Translations under genes and position numbers: made by a program
Part shown: positions 23,613 through 36,310 of the stretch, piece by piece
Layout: the number at the start of each line of letters is the position of its first letter
Numbering within the stretch: position 1 is the stretch's first letter
The notes under the pieces: model-generated
What the model saw: only the letters and a program-made list of their open reading frames with translations
What the model was told of the DNA's origin: nothing
The model's database searches: none
NCBI RefSeq assembly: GCF_018350175.1
Contig: NC_058368.1
Coordinates: 211,918,001-211,982,000, forward strand
Direction of reading: 5' to 3'
DNA length: 64,000 bases
Source of the DNA: Felis catus
Taxonomy: Eukaryota

Positions 23613-24711
23613 TAAATTTCTTGAAAGTAAGTTTTCCAAAAGGCAGGCTCTCCTCAATAGGAAATCTGTTTCCCTGGTAAAAAGTTACAAGTGAGGTTTC
23701 TTCAATAATTAATTCTCAGCAGTGTTCTCATTGTAGGAAGTGTTTACTGAGTAACGCTATTACTGAATCCAGATATTCACTGCCATTGACCTGTCTCCTG
23801 GGTTGCATTATTATCATATTCCACACATTCTTTCAAGCTTTCTTACACAGAATAATCGTACTCTCCAAGAAGTACCAAGCAGGAAAGCCACAGCAGATGC
23901 TGGGAAGGTAACAGAAGAGCTCTACCTAAGGCAGGCATCCCATTCAGCTGGAAACAAAGGCATTCCCTACCATACAGGGTCAGGTTTCTACAAGAAATGG
24001 ATACTTTTCAAGAATTTCCTGGTGGACCCGACTTGGACCATCATCAGAGAAATTTGTTTGTTCATGTGGGTGTCTTGAGCAGAGCTCTTCTGATGACTTT
24101 CTTATAATACATATTTGTCCTAATTCCAGAGAATGTCATCTTCCCTCCTTGTGCTCACCACCACATCTAGGTCTATCCACAGTCGTGTTGATTCTATCTC
24201 CAAAGTAGAGATCAAGTCCTTGTCTTTGCTCCATGCCCACTGTAGTTCAGGTCCCCCATCTCTTACGTGGTCTCATTCCTGTTTTTCTTGCTGCTGTATG
24301 ATTCATTTTACACAGAACAGTTAGAGTCACTGTTTAAGAACATAAGTTGGGTCTGGTCTGGAGCACATAGGCCCATCCAGCTCTTGGGCTAAAACCCACA
24401 CTGTTGGAGAGGCTGGGCGTGGCCTCTCTCTGTAGGCTCTGGTCTTCCCAGTGTACTTGTGGTCCTCAAGACATAGCTACCCTTGCCTGCTTTTGATGTT
24501 TTTGGATGCCTCAAGCTCTTTCCCACCCGTGCAAGTGCTGTTGTCTTTGGCCAGAACATTCTTTACCTGCATGTGGCTCCTTCTGTTCCTTCAGTTCTTT
24601 GCTAACTTTTCACAGCCTCTGAGAGTCAGCCAACCTCTCCAAATCAGTGTCTGCCCACTTTATTATCTTCCATTCCAAAGTTTCTGCATTTTTCTCTTTC
24701 CCAGTGCTTTC

Positions 24712-24901
24712 TTTCTTTCTTTTTTTTTTTTAAAGTTTATTTATTTATTTTGAGAGACAGAGAAAGAGAGAGAATCCCAAGCAGGCTCTGCGCTGTCAGC
24801 ACAGAGCCTGACATGAGGCTCAGTCTCACGAACTGTGAGATCATGACCTGAGCTGAAATCAAGAGTCAGATGCTCAGCCAGCTGAGCCACCCAGGCGCCC
24901 C
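24712..24901 (-). mobile_element. Can-SINE
   Basis: Canonical head ...gagccacccaggcgcccc and T tail. Confidence 0.93.
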
Positions 24902-25750
24902 TCTCCCCAGCACTTTCTGTAATTTGTGCTTTTTTTGTGGTTGCCTTAGACCCACATTATCTTCCTCCCGCAGAATGGAAGTTTGCCCAAGAGCAGGGGA
25001 TTCCTTGTCTTGTTCACTCTTATTGCCTGTTCTATCCTTAATATCTAGTGAGTATTAAGTAAAGGTTGTTGAATGGGGTTGTTTTTAGCCTCCTGTGTTG
25101 TCCAACTGGCTTTTATCTTCTCCTCCTAGAAATGTGATGTGCCACTCCTGTCTGGGTATTTGCATATTAAAGAGGATTTTTGGAGAGGGCTGGCACCAAC
25201 ACAGAGAGTGAATCACCCATTGGAGAATGTCAGGGTTTAGAAGAGGGACATTTTCTAGGGGTGGAGGGGTTGCCTGGCTGCTTTCAAGCCGGTCCAGATT
25301 GGCCCCGCCCGCTCCTGTAGGCCAGGGAAGTCTTCTTGCAGCTGGTGAACACCCTTCTCCCCTGACCCAAACAGACCACAGCAGGCATAGCGGCATGGTT
25401 TCAGGATTCTGCGTTCACATTCATTTGGTTTTCGCATTTGGGAGAGTGCTTTGTGATAATTTAAATGTACTGAGGGTGTAGACCTCAAGAACACATAAAC
25501 AAAACCAGGAATGTTTATGCTTGTACTGAGCTTCTGCTGCACGTGTCTCTCATTTGGGTCTCTGCATAAACTGCTGAGATAGATGGATAATGGATGGATG
25601 CCACGCTTAATTTGATGATAAATTCTTTGCAGGCAGGGAAAATCTTACATTGCTCTGTATTTTCTAATCCTGACAATGTTGTACATAATCTGATTTCTTT
25701 AAGACCCAGCTATCACAACTCTAAAATGGGGATAATAGTACCAGTTTTGC

Positions 25751-25985
25751 AGAGAGGGAGGCAAACCGTAAGAGATTCTTAAATACAGAGAACAAACCGA
25801 GGGTTGCTGGAGGGGAGGTGGGGAGGGGCAGGGATGGGCAAAGTGGATGATGGGCATTAAGGAGGGCACCTGTTGTGATGAGCGCTGGGTGTTACATGTA
25901 ACCGATGAATCGCTGGGTTCTACTCCTGAAACCAATCCTACACTGTATGTTAACTAACTTGGATTTAAATAAGTAAGTAAGTAAG
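25751..25985 (+). mobile_element. 5'-truncated carnivore L1 3' end inserted in a MIR
   Basis: gagaacaaaccgagggttgctggagggg...tacactgtatgttaactaac, (TAAG)n tail, TSD tagta(cc/tc)(a/g)gttttgc at 25736-25750 and 25986-26000. Confidence 0.9.
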
Positions 25986-27462
25986 TAGTATCGGTTTTGC
26001 GAAGTTAGCGTAAGGACTGAGGGTAATGCTTGACAAGGCCTTACCTGGCAATGGTGGTTCTCTGTGAATGCACCTAATTTGGGGGGCAGGCTGTGTGGTC
26101 ATCTTTCCTTATTCAGTGGATCCTTATTTTAGACGCCACTGGGGATATGGTAGACTAGACATGACCCTGCCTGTGTGGAGTTTATGGTGCTGAGTCCTTG
26201 TGAATGGGGGCTCTGGAGACAGGCTTGGGCTCCAGTCCTGGCTCAGCCAGTTACAAACTGCAGCCTTGGACAAATAACTTGTCTTTGTCTCCTCATTTGA
26301 GAGAAACACAGCAGACTTCATAGGTCGTCCTGAGAATTAAAGGGACAGCATTTGAGAGGCGCTTACCACCACTCACGGGTTATGGAATGTGCTGAAGAGA
26401 CGGTGGCTGGTACTTGTGTTCCATTGCTAGTTCTGCAGCAGGTGTTGTCACAGGGCAGATGATTTCTCTGCGTTTTTCTTGGTTGCCCCCCTCCTCCCAG
26501 GGGCCACTTGGGACTTCACTGCTCCCATGGATGTTAGGGGAGTTGGAATCGCCAGGCTTCCTGTGAATCAGTAAGACTTTAGCCTTTTACTTGTGACCTA
26601 ACTATGTATGTTCAAGCAAGCATTTCAAGCAAGCTGCTGTTCTTGGCCAACAGTAGCATGAGTGTATGCACAGTCGGAACAGTGTCCTAATCCTCCAGGG
26701 AACTGGTGACATTTGTCCTAAATTCCTATCTGCCCAGGGAACTTGGGTGAAATCTTTGTGTGTGAAGGGGTAGTTAACAGGGGTTGATCTGACTTTGGCA
26801 GATGGGCTTCTCCCTTCTGACTCCTCCAGTGAAGTTTTATGGAGAAGGGCAGGGCCCCGGCCTCCTGGAATGTAAGCCAAAAGTTTGTAGACGGTCAAGG
26901 GTTCCTGAGTGAGAAGTAAGTCATTCCCTGACACATACCTGGCAGTTAGCTCGCTGTGAAGTATGCAGCTTTGCAGGAAAGCCTTTCTGTGTTTCTTAAG
27001 AATGCTAAGAACTTGTTTTAAAAATAACCTTTATTATTTTTCTAAATATAAAAGTAACACATCTTATTGTAGAATATTTGAAACATTCACAAAAATTACA
27101 AATAGAAAAATGAAATTCATCCCTCGTCCCACCACTTATATTAAGCTGAAGTCCAAGGAAGCCAATTTGTGTAGCAGCTTACAGACTAAGAAAAGCAAGT
27201 GCTGCTTTGTGGCCTGAGGCGTACTTGGAACTTACTGGAACAAAGATTTTGTGAATAGAAATTTTCTTTTCTCTTCTCCTCATCATGCCCCCATCGAGCT
27301 ATTCATGCTCATCATCTCATGCTAACTTGTGTGTGCTTTTGTAAAATTATGAGGGTAGTGACTCACATCTTTTGCTTTTATTCATAGCTGTTGTGCTCCT
27401 GAGAGATCTAGGTTTAGAGAGAAGCCAGTGTGTTCCTAGAACCTGTCCTAATAAGAGGGCTC

Positions 27463-27880
27463 CATTTATAATAGCCAAACTATGGGAGTGGCCCAGGTAT
27501 CTATTGACTGATGAGTAGATAAAGAAGAGGTGGAATATATACACAGTGGAATATTACTCAGCCATCAAAAAGAACAAAGTCTTGTCATTTGCAACGACAT
27601 GGAGGGAGCTAGAAAGCATTATGCTAAGCAGAACATCTGATACCATATGATTTAACTCATATGTGGAATTTGGGAAACAAAACGAATGAACAAAGGAAAA
27701 AAAAGACACACACACGCACACTCACACCAAGAAACAGACTCTTAACTATAGAGGACAAACTTATGGTTACCAGAGGGGAGGGGGGCAGGAGGATTGGGGA
27801 AATAGGAGATGGGGATTAAAGAGTACATTTATCATGATGAAAAAAATGAAAATAAAATGAAAAAAATTATTAGTAAAAAA
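27463..27880 (+). mobile_element. 5'-truncated carnivore L1 3' end
   Basis: ggaatattactcagccatcaaaaaga motif, A-rich tail, TSD AATAAGAGG(G/A)CTC at 27450-27462 and 27881-27893. Confidence 0.92.
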
Positions 27881-27964
27881 AATAAGAGGACTCTGTTGAT
27901 TAAATTTTTAAAAAAGGAAGATGAAAAGGTTCACCAAAAGATGGAGAAAAAAGAAAATGGCCCT

Positions 27965-28495
27965 TTTTTTATCTTAAAAAAAATTGAGAAACAATTTACA
28001 TATAACATTACATTACTTTCAGGTATAAAGCATAATGATTTGGTATTTGTATATATTGCAAAACGATCACCACAAGAAATCTAGTTAACATCCATCACCA
28101 CACATAGATACCAATTTTTCTTTTTTTTTTCTTGTGATGAGAACTCTTAAGATATATCAATGACTTCCAAATACACAATACAGTATTATTATTAGTTTTT
28201 AAATTTTTTTAGTGTTGTATTTATTTTGGAGAGAGAGAGACAGAAAGCGAGCAGGGGAGGGGCAGAGAGAGACACACAGAATCCGAAGCAGGCTCCAGAC
28301 TCTGAGCTGTCAGCACAGAGCCCAACACAGGGCTCAAACCTATGAACCATGAGATCATCACCTGAGCCGAAATTTGGACGCTTAACCGACTGAGCCACCC
28401 AGGCGCCCCTACAATACAGTATTATTAACTATAGATTCCTAGTTGTACCTAGGACTTCTGTATTTCCTTGTATAACTGGAAGTTTGTACTTCTTT
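27965..28495 (-). mobile_element. L1 (L1MA9-like) 3' end interrupted by a SINE
   Basis: ctagttaacatccatcaccacacatag, ttgtgatgagaactcttaagat, tataactggaagtttgtac. Confidence 0.8.
28195..28409 (-). mobile_element. Can-SINE
   Basis: TSD ACAATACAGTATTATTA on both sides. Confidence 0.96.
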
Positions 28496-28924
28496 TCACT
28501 TTTTGATGTCAGGCCAATTTTTCCGTTTGGTGTCTGTCTTCTGTGGTTGTCTCTGGTGCGTGGGTGAGAGACAGAAGGAGGAGCCTTATATTTATGTTGA
28601 TAAAAATGGAGGCAAAGTGAGGGCTTCTATTTAAAGGAGGGGGAATCCAGCTCTTTTGTACATCTTCATTTCAAATGTGTCGTTGTCCCCAAATCAAACT
28701 ATACCAAAGGAATACACGAGCACCCCTCCAGTGCTCAGTGGAAATTTTCTTTCTGAGCCAGTGTCATGACCAGTGATAGAAACTGTACATGTTATGTGTG
28801 TTGTAGGGCTTTTAGTGTCTAATGCGTTTGCCTGCACAGCAGTTGAATGGAACTTCATTTAAGCAAGAAAAGGTTATATTTTGTGTTTGAAAAGATTCCA
28901 ACTACACTGATTATTTTTGGCTTT

Positions 28925-29480
28925 CCTATTTTCTTTTTTCTTCTCTTTTCTTTTTTTCTTTCAAGTTTTTATTTAAATTCTAATTAGTTAACATATATGG
29001 TAAACTTGGTTTCAGGTGTACAATTTAGTGATTCATCACTTATAGCACCCAGTGCTTATCCCAAGTGCCCTCCTTAATGCCCATCACCCATTTAGCCCAT
29101 CCCCCCCACCTCCCCTCCAGCAACCCTCAGTTTGTTCTCTATAGTTAAGGTCTCTTATGGTTTGCTTTCCTCTCTCCTTTTTTTCCCCTTCCCCTATGCT
29201 CATCTGTTTTATTTTTTAAATTCCACATATGACTGAAATCATATGGCATTTTGTCTTTCTCTGACTGACTTATTTTGCTTAGTATAATACACTCTAGCTC
29301 CATCCATGCGATTGCAAATGGCAAGATTTCATTCTTTTTGATGGCTGAGTAATATTCCATTGTGTGTATGTATGTATGTATGTATGTATATATGTATATG
29401 TGTGTATTTATATATATATATATATATATCATATCTTCTTTATTCACCATCCGAGTGTGTATGGACTGATGAATGAATAA
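28925..29480 (-). mobile_element. Carnivore L1 3' end, with a possible short 5' inversion
   Basis: ORF 29145-29657(-) contains MEYYSAIKKNEILPFAIAWMELECIILSKISQSEKDK (L1 ORF2 C-terminus). Confidence 0.93.
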
Positions 29481-30529
29481 TATAATTTTAAATAGGCGCA
29501 CAGTGCCCATGCCAAAAGGTTTATTTTTCTTGCATCGCAAAATGTACGTTAGTGGGTCACTCTCTTTGCAAAGCGCATGGTTAGGTAGGATCCTGTCATA
29601 TTGTGCAAATGAGGAAACTGAGGGATGGTAAGTTTCTAGATTTTGTTGAAGCTCCACAGTGAGTCAGGGGCACACAACTCACAAATGAATAGAGGTCTCA
29701 TTTACTATTTAATTACTTCAACCCATAGAATCCAAGATTTTACCTTTAGAAAGCAGACTGCAGGCACTGTTCCTCCCTCTTTTGTTTGAACCTTTCCAGA
29801 TAATTTCAGCAAAAGTCACAAATGGCAGTCTTTGTGATCACCTGAACTATGAATCTGAAACCTTGGAAAGTGCTACGTTCTTCAGAAGGGAAAGAACTAT
29901 GCTTGCTACCAGCTACCCTTCAGGCATCCTGTGAACCCCTGTCTCTTAATGGGGAGCACCTCTTGTTTTATCATTCCTGGAAGGACTCACCCTGGGTGTC
30001 AGAGGATACCTGAGAGGCTCTGCAGTGGCCTTAGCTGTGGGGCAAGTCTGTCATTACTGTCTCTGTCACCTGGACTTTTAATCTTGGGGAGATAATCATT
30101 TGTCACGGCAATATATTTTGTTTCCTAGGAAGGCAGGTGGGATAGTAATTGTGAAAAGTAGCCAGAATAAAAAGGAGATAATGAAAGGGCCAGCTTAATT
30201 TGCATCTGTTGTTCTGTTATTAATTAAGCAGCATAGTAAATGGGATGGAGGCAAGCTCTTGGCTTCAGAGTGCTGTCTCCCATGTGGTTTGAAGAGTGAG
30301 AACTTATCTAGGCTGACGACCAACCAGAAGGCAGAACCAGGGCCCTTATATTGGGACCAATGATGTGCCTCTTCCAATTAGTCATTTAAAATGCAGTGTC
30401 AAAGCAAAATATTTGCTTTTAGCTGCTGTACTACTGTTTGGGCTAATTAGGGGGGAATCATTCATAGGAAAGCTCGACTTAAGGTCACTATTTACTTTTG
30501 TTGGGCAGGTAAGTTACCATTATTTAGGA

Positions 30530-30750
30530 GACAGGGTGGCGGAGTGGTTTTAGTGATGGATTCTGGGGCCAGAATGCATGAATTGGAATCCCAGTTCTGT
30601 CCCCTTCTCCTTGTATGATCTTGGACAAGATATTCAATTACTCTATGCCTCAGTATATGGGGATATAAATAACAGCTACTTTACAGGACTCCGTGAGTTC
30701 ATATGTTGTGTGCTAACAGAGTGACTGTAACATAGTAAATGTTATCTCTT
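30530..30750 (+). mobile_element. MIR
   Basis: ggaatcccagttctg...tgatcttggacaaga...ctctatgcctcagt. Confidence 0.75.
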
Positions 30751-30810
30751 CTTTTCCTATGACTACAATTAGTTTCCTCTCACTCTGCTACTGGGTGTGT
30801 CCTATCTGAG

Positions 30811-30811
<1 letters not shown>

Positions 30812-30854
<43 letters not shown>
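30812..30854. repeat. (TG)n microsatellite
   Basis: Direct reading. Confidence 0.98.
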
Positions 30855-30858
<4 letters not shown>

Positions 30859-32519
30859 ATGGATATAGTTCATAAGGTAATAGTCTGTAGCATAGACACA
30901 ATGGAAATCATTTTGAAAACGGACTTAAATCAGGAATCAGAGGCATCAAGTCAGCAAGTACCAACAGTATGATTATAATTATGTAGTTGGGTTTGACCTT
31001 ATGCTAAATTGTGAAATAGATCACATTCTTCTCCAGTTGTCCTAGCCCCTTTTCTACTCAGTCCTTTGTGTAACTCCCTCCCTCTGCCCTCCAAGCACTG
31101 TGACTCTCACGAGCCTTGGTTGGGCCATTTCGCTCTGGTCTGTCTTGCTCATAGAACCTTGGTCTTCACTCCAAACTTGTTACACCCTTTCTTCTCCTCT
31201 AATCCATCAAAGTCCCATTCCCACGGGGTGGCCAGAAACGGCTGCCTTGTCTTTGTTTTGATTTTGATTTATATTCAATGACCCCAGCCTTCTTCCATTC
31301 TGGGATGTCTTACCTACCTTCCTTCATGTCAGAATTCGAGATACTAATATTGTACTGAGTCAAATTTGCAAGCTAGTGGAGAAGGTAATGGGGAGGGCTT
31401 TCTGAATGCCATTGAGGAGCCTTGAAGCTATTGGCTGTCCCTGTGGGCGTATGGACTTTCCATCCCTGGTGCCAAATGGATTCCTTAGTAAAGGGAGACT
31501 GAATTCTTTGAGAATTGAGGAAAGCTGGTTGACATTAGAGAGGGACTGGAAAGGGCCCTTACTAAGAGAGGCTTTGTACTTACTGACCATAGTTGCTTAG
31601 TTCAGTGAACTGTTCACAGCTGTATAGGGGAATTGTTTCCAGGGAATGAGTGCAAGAAAACAGAGGGGCCCCAGGAGGAATTAATTATTAAGGCTCATGG
31701 GAGTTAAAGAAGGCAGGGGCATTCTATAGGCCAAAGGTCGGATCCTCCTTCCATGCAGTTCCTGGGAAATGACTTCTGAACTTCCAAACTGAATGAGAAG
31801 TTGAGGGGAATGAATATAGCAGAAAGTTAGTTGTGGGCTACTTTGGAGAGGTGGGGAAGAAAGGCCCTGGCTGAATGAGAAGAGAAGAGGAATGGAAAAC
31901 TTTCCCTCCAACCTTTAAGAAGAGCAGTGAGTTTAAAGTATACAACGAAAGATCAGATCTGATGAAGGTCTTGCTAACAAGGTAGGTCAGGGTGCCTGAT
32001 GTCTGAGACCAAGTCTTTCGCAAGCCTAAGAGTCTTCCCTTGTGTTACATTCAGGGGGTGCCAGCTTAGGGAGGCAGAACTCAGGAGCGTGGTGCTTTTA
32101 GTGGCTTCTTCTCCCATCATTGGCCTAACAAACTGGACTGTTTGTTTATTTCTTTGGGCCTTATCAATTTTGTGATGAAAAAGATTTTAAGAGGGGATGG
32201 CCATGTGTTGGAATGGAACATATCCAGAGCAGGGTGGTTAATCCCAGCTGCTAATGTAATCAGGGCTTACATGGTATTTGTCAGCATGACCCTTTCTCTA
32301 CCACCCTCCCAAGCGGAAAGGAGATAAATCAGAGGTTAGTAATTAAAATACATGGGCTGAAGAGGACGTTCAGAACAGTATCTACTGAGACAGATCCTTC
32401 CCCTGACTTCTTCCCACCACCAACATCTTGAGTGACTACCTAATGCCCTCCTACAGAGAATGGTGGGATCACTTTGGCTTCCCAGCCCAGTCCACATCCA
32501 CATTTCTCATCTTACCTCT

Positions 32520-33655
32520 ATGCAGTGTCAATTGTTGAGCAGATGGTGTTAAGAAAACTGGCTCACAATATGGAGAAAGGTGAAACTACAGTCTCCTACA
32601 AATCTGGGCCCTAGGTGGATTAAGGACTGAAATGTGAAAGGTAAAAATATGAAGTCAAGTGAAGACAATACTGGATAACATTTTAGTGGGTTAATGGTGA
32701 GAAGAACTTTTTAATACAGATTCCAGTAAAGCACAAATTGTAAAGCAAAACATTGATGAATGAAGTTATAAAATTAAGGATTCCTGTGTTAACAGGAAGA
32801 TACCACATTGGGTGATACCAGAAGAGTCTGGTATCCAAAAGATAGGAGGACTTTCTAGAAGTCAATATGTAGAACAAATCAAATCTAGAAGATGGGAAAT
32901 AGTAGAAAAATTGGCAGAGTACATGAGCTAGCAGTTCACAAAGGGGGAAATCCAAAGGGGTAATAAATACATGAAGCAACATTCAGAATCATTGATTCAG
33001 AGAAATGCAAGTCAAAATAACTAGTTAACACCTAATGCCTTCTATGCAGGAGACTGAAAAAGATTAGGAAGTTGGTAATGTCACATCTTGGAAGAGCTAG
33101 AAAACATGGTCCCATTCACTGTTGGGGGAGTAGCCTAGTTGGGACTATTTCAAGAGAATGATCTGGTAACGCATGGATAAATTAAGTATGCATATATTCT
33201 GTGACCTATCCATCCAATTCATGGGTGTACACTCTGGAGGGATTCTTAGGGTCATGAGGAAACTTCTAGGAGAGATGCTTATCACAGTGCTGGTTTTAGA
33301 GGCAGGAAGTGAAGACCAACTTAGAAAAATGCATTAAATAAAAATTAATGGGTACACACTATGGAATACTTTGCAGCAATTAGAAGGGAATCTTAGATAT
33401 ACATACAGCAAATGGATAGATCCTAACAGGGTAGATCTAAGTAAAACAAAAACCAAAAAAACCCCAAAACACATAAACCCAAAATAGTGTGGTATGCATG
33501 GCACAATACTATTGAAGTAAATTAGAATATAGACACACAAGAATGTATATTTTTCTGAGACACATACAAATTCAAGGATATGTGTTAGTCCCTGACAGCA
33601 GTTTGACTGTGGGTGAAGGGGAATGAGAAAAGAATGAGGATAGAAGGAAATTTGC
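32520..33655 (+). mobile_element. Old L1 (L1ME-like) ORF2 end and 3'UTR
   Basis: ggtggattaaggactgaaatgtgaaagg, agagaaatgcaagtcaaaataac, atggaatactttgcagcaatta. Confidence 0.75.
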
Positions 33656-33656
33656 T

Positions 33657-34170
33657 GAGGCATTAGTTTTCTGTTGCTAAAACAAATTGCCACAAACTTC
33701 GCGACTTTCAACAACACCTATTCCTGAGCTCACAGTTCTGCAGGTGAGAAATCTGGTGCAGCCTGGGTGTGCCTGGGTTCCCTGCCGAGGGTAGTACATG
33801 GCTGAAATCAAGGTGCTAGGTTGCCTGAGTTTTTGTCTGGCAGCTCTGGGGAAAAGTCTGCCTCTAAGCGGAGTTTCCTGTGGTTGCAGGACTGAAGTCC
33901 CTGTTCTCTTGCAGGTTGTAAGCCAGGGACACTGCCAGATTTTAGAAGCTACCTGCATTCCTTCCTATGTGTTCCCTCCATCTTCAAGCCAGCATGCTCA
34001 TGCTTCTAATCTCTTGATTCCCTTTTCAGTGACGAGACAGAGGACACTCTGCTTTTAAAGGGCTCACGTGATTAGATCATGGCCACTCTGATAACCTTAA
34101 TTATCATAAATAACCTCAATTACGCTGTTTCACAGCAACACCTAGATTAGCATTCCACTGAATAACCTAC
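33657..34170 (-). mobile_element. MLT1 (MaLR) LTR
   Basis: attagttttctgttgct..aacaaattgccacaaactt..ctcacagttctg..tttaaagggctcacgtgattag. Confidence 0.85.
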
Positions 34171-34703
34171 CACACTGACCTGGGGATCAGATATTCCTTT
34201 TAGAGTCTTTGACCTCCAGAAAAGGCTTTCGTGTTTCTTTGTTCATAGTTTCTTCATCTAGTATTCCTAGCCTGCAAAGACCTCATCTGCATCTTAAATC
34301 TTGACTTGCTCTGGGAGTAAATGTATCATAGAATGCACCAGGAAGAACCCGATCTTGCCTTGAATATAATGAGCTGTGTGCATTCTTGCTATGCAGGAAG
34401 CCACCTTAGGCTTATCTAGCTGAAGTCAGTGTTCCAAACCCCACAAAAACACATGTTCTTATGAGTGATTTGATTTTGTCAGGCTGTCTCATCTGTTCCC
34501 AACAGCTTGCCAAGTATGGCAGGTGCATTCCCCCAAGATGGGGTTGATGTTGTTCATTAATGGCTTTGAAGAGTAGATTTTCATTTACATTTTCCAGTTC
34601 CTTCTAGCTTGGGGCTCTTTTCCTAGTATTCTGGTGCCCAGCCTTGGTCTGCATTATCTTTGGCTAGGGCTTGCCTGCCTTGGCATCAGAAATTCAGCCT
34701 CTT

Positions 34704-34827
34704 GAGGTGCTTGGATGGCTCAGTTGGTTGAGCATCCAACTCTTGATATCAGCTCAGGTCCTGATCTTGTGGTCATGGGATTGGAGCCCTGATTTGGGCT
34801 CTCTGCTGAGTGTGGAGTCTGCTTGAG

Positions 34828-34875
<48 letters not shown>

Positions 34876-34937
34876 CCCCCTCCCCCACTCTTTCTCTCAA
34901 AAAAAAAAACAAAAACAAAAAACACGGAATAAAAAAA
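34704..34937 (+). mobile_element. Can-SINE (older type) with long (CT)n
   Basis: SINE head, (CT)n at 34830-34872, A-rich tail. Confidence 0.92.
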
Positions 34938-36107
34938 GAAATGCATTCTCCTGACAGTGCAGAAGAAAGATTCTGCCTGAGATGTCAAGGTTTCCTCCTG
35001 AGTCCACTCTCAAGAGTTATCAAGCAAGCATAACATCTGCCTATCCGTTTTTCTGCAAAGTAGTCCCTTTGGAAAATGCACAGAGTAAAAACATGAGGTG
35101 AGGAAAAGACTTTATGCAGCCAGAGTGACTTGGGAAACCATCTGTTTATCTTCATTTATTCTAGGAGGGATATCAGGGGTTTAGGTGCCTAACAGCTATC
35201 GCTATTAATTACTTTTGTGCCTTTCTAGAATAATAGATGAGAATAATAATGCATGTGAGAATCAAAGAAAAAGTCCTCTAGCATTCAGACTTTGGACTTC
35301 CTGTTTCCAGTTGCTTTCCGCAGGTTTTAAGGAACGCCTTCATAGTTATGTGTGTGTCATGTAGTGTTTTTCCAGGCCCGCCACCATGTCTTCAATCAAG
35401 CAGCTCTTTTTTTAAACTATTTTATATGTTTATATGTCGGGGTGACTTTTCCTTGAAACCAAGTGTTCTCAGTACCCGGTGCCAGAATCTAGTGTTCGTT
35501 TTTAACCGTTCTCCGCTGTTTCACAGCTCCTAACAATTCACAAGTTAATTTTTGTAAGCCACAACGCAAAAGCCTAAGCGTAAAACAGTAGCTAAACGTT
35601 GACATGCCGGCAGTTGCGGGCAGAATGACGTATGTGGATTGTATGGCCTCCTAATGGGTTGAGAAAGGGGCCAGGTCTTTATGAGGGGAATGATGTGTAC
35701 ACAGTTCCATAGACCTTAATTTTGTGGATGACTAAGAGGTATTTAACAGCAATTAATTATGTGAGTTGTTAAGGGTTATTACATTTTATTATTCATAAAC
35801 TGAAATTGGTGCATTACTGGAGCTTATTATGGACTCTAATTTGGTATTTTGCTAATAAGCCCAGTTGCCCTGTAATGTCTGGCAGGGAGCCCGCTGCTGT
35901 CTAAACACAGGGGTGGCTGCGGTTCTGCAGGGTTTGGGCAGAAGCTTCTTACCAGTTCACCACCAGAGTGGTACTCGGCTGTTTGTTTTTATTCACTACT
36001 GTTCTTGCTTTTTAGTCACACATTACACTTACTATTATTAATTTAATTTGTCATTTGTGATACAGTTAACCAGGTAATGTGTAGTGGTACACATCGTCGC
36101 CAGAAAT

Positions 36108-36310
36108 ACTTTTTTAAGTTTGTCTTTAAATTCCAGCTGGTTAACGCACAGTGTAACATTAGTTTTAGGTGTGCAGCGTGGTGATTCAGCACTTCCCTAC
36201 GTCACCGGGTGCTCATCGCAAAAAGTGCATGCCTTCAGCCCCATCACCTGTGTAATCCACCTCCCCCCCCATTACTTCCCATCTGGTCACCATCAGTTCT
36301 TTGTAGTTGA
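36108..36310 (-). mobile_element. Carnivore L1 extreme 3' end
   Basis: ttaacgcacagtgtaacattagttttaggtgt..gtgattcagcacttcc..ctggtcaccatcagtt. Confidence 0.85.
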
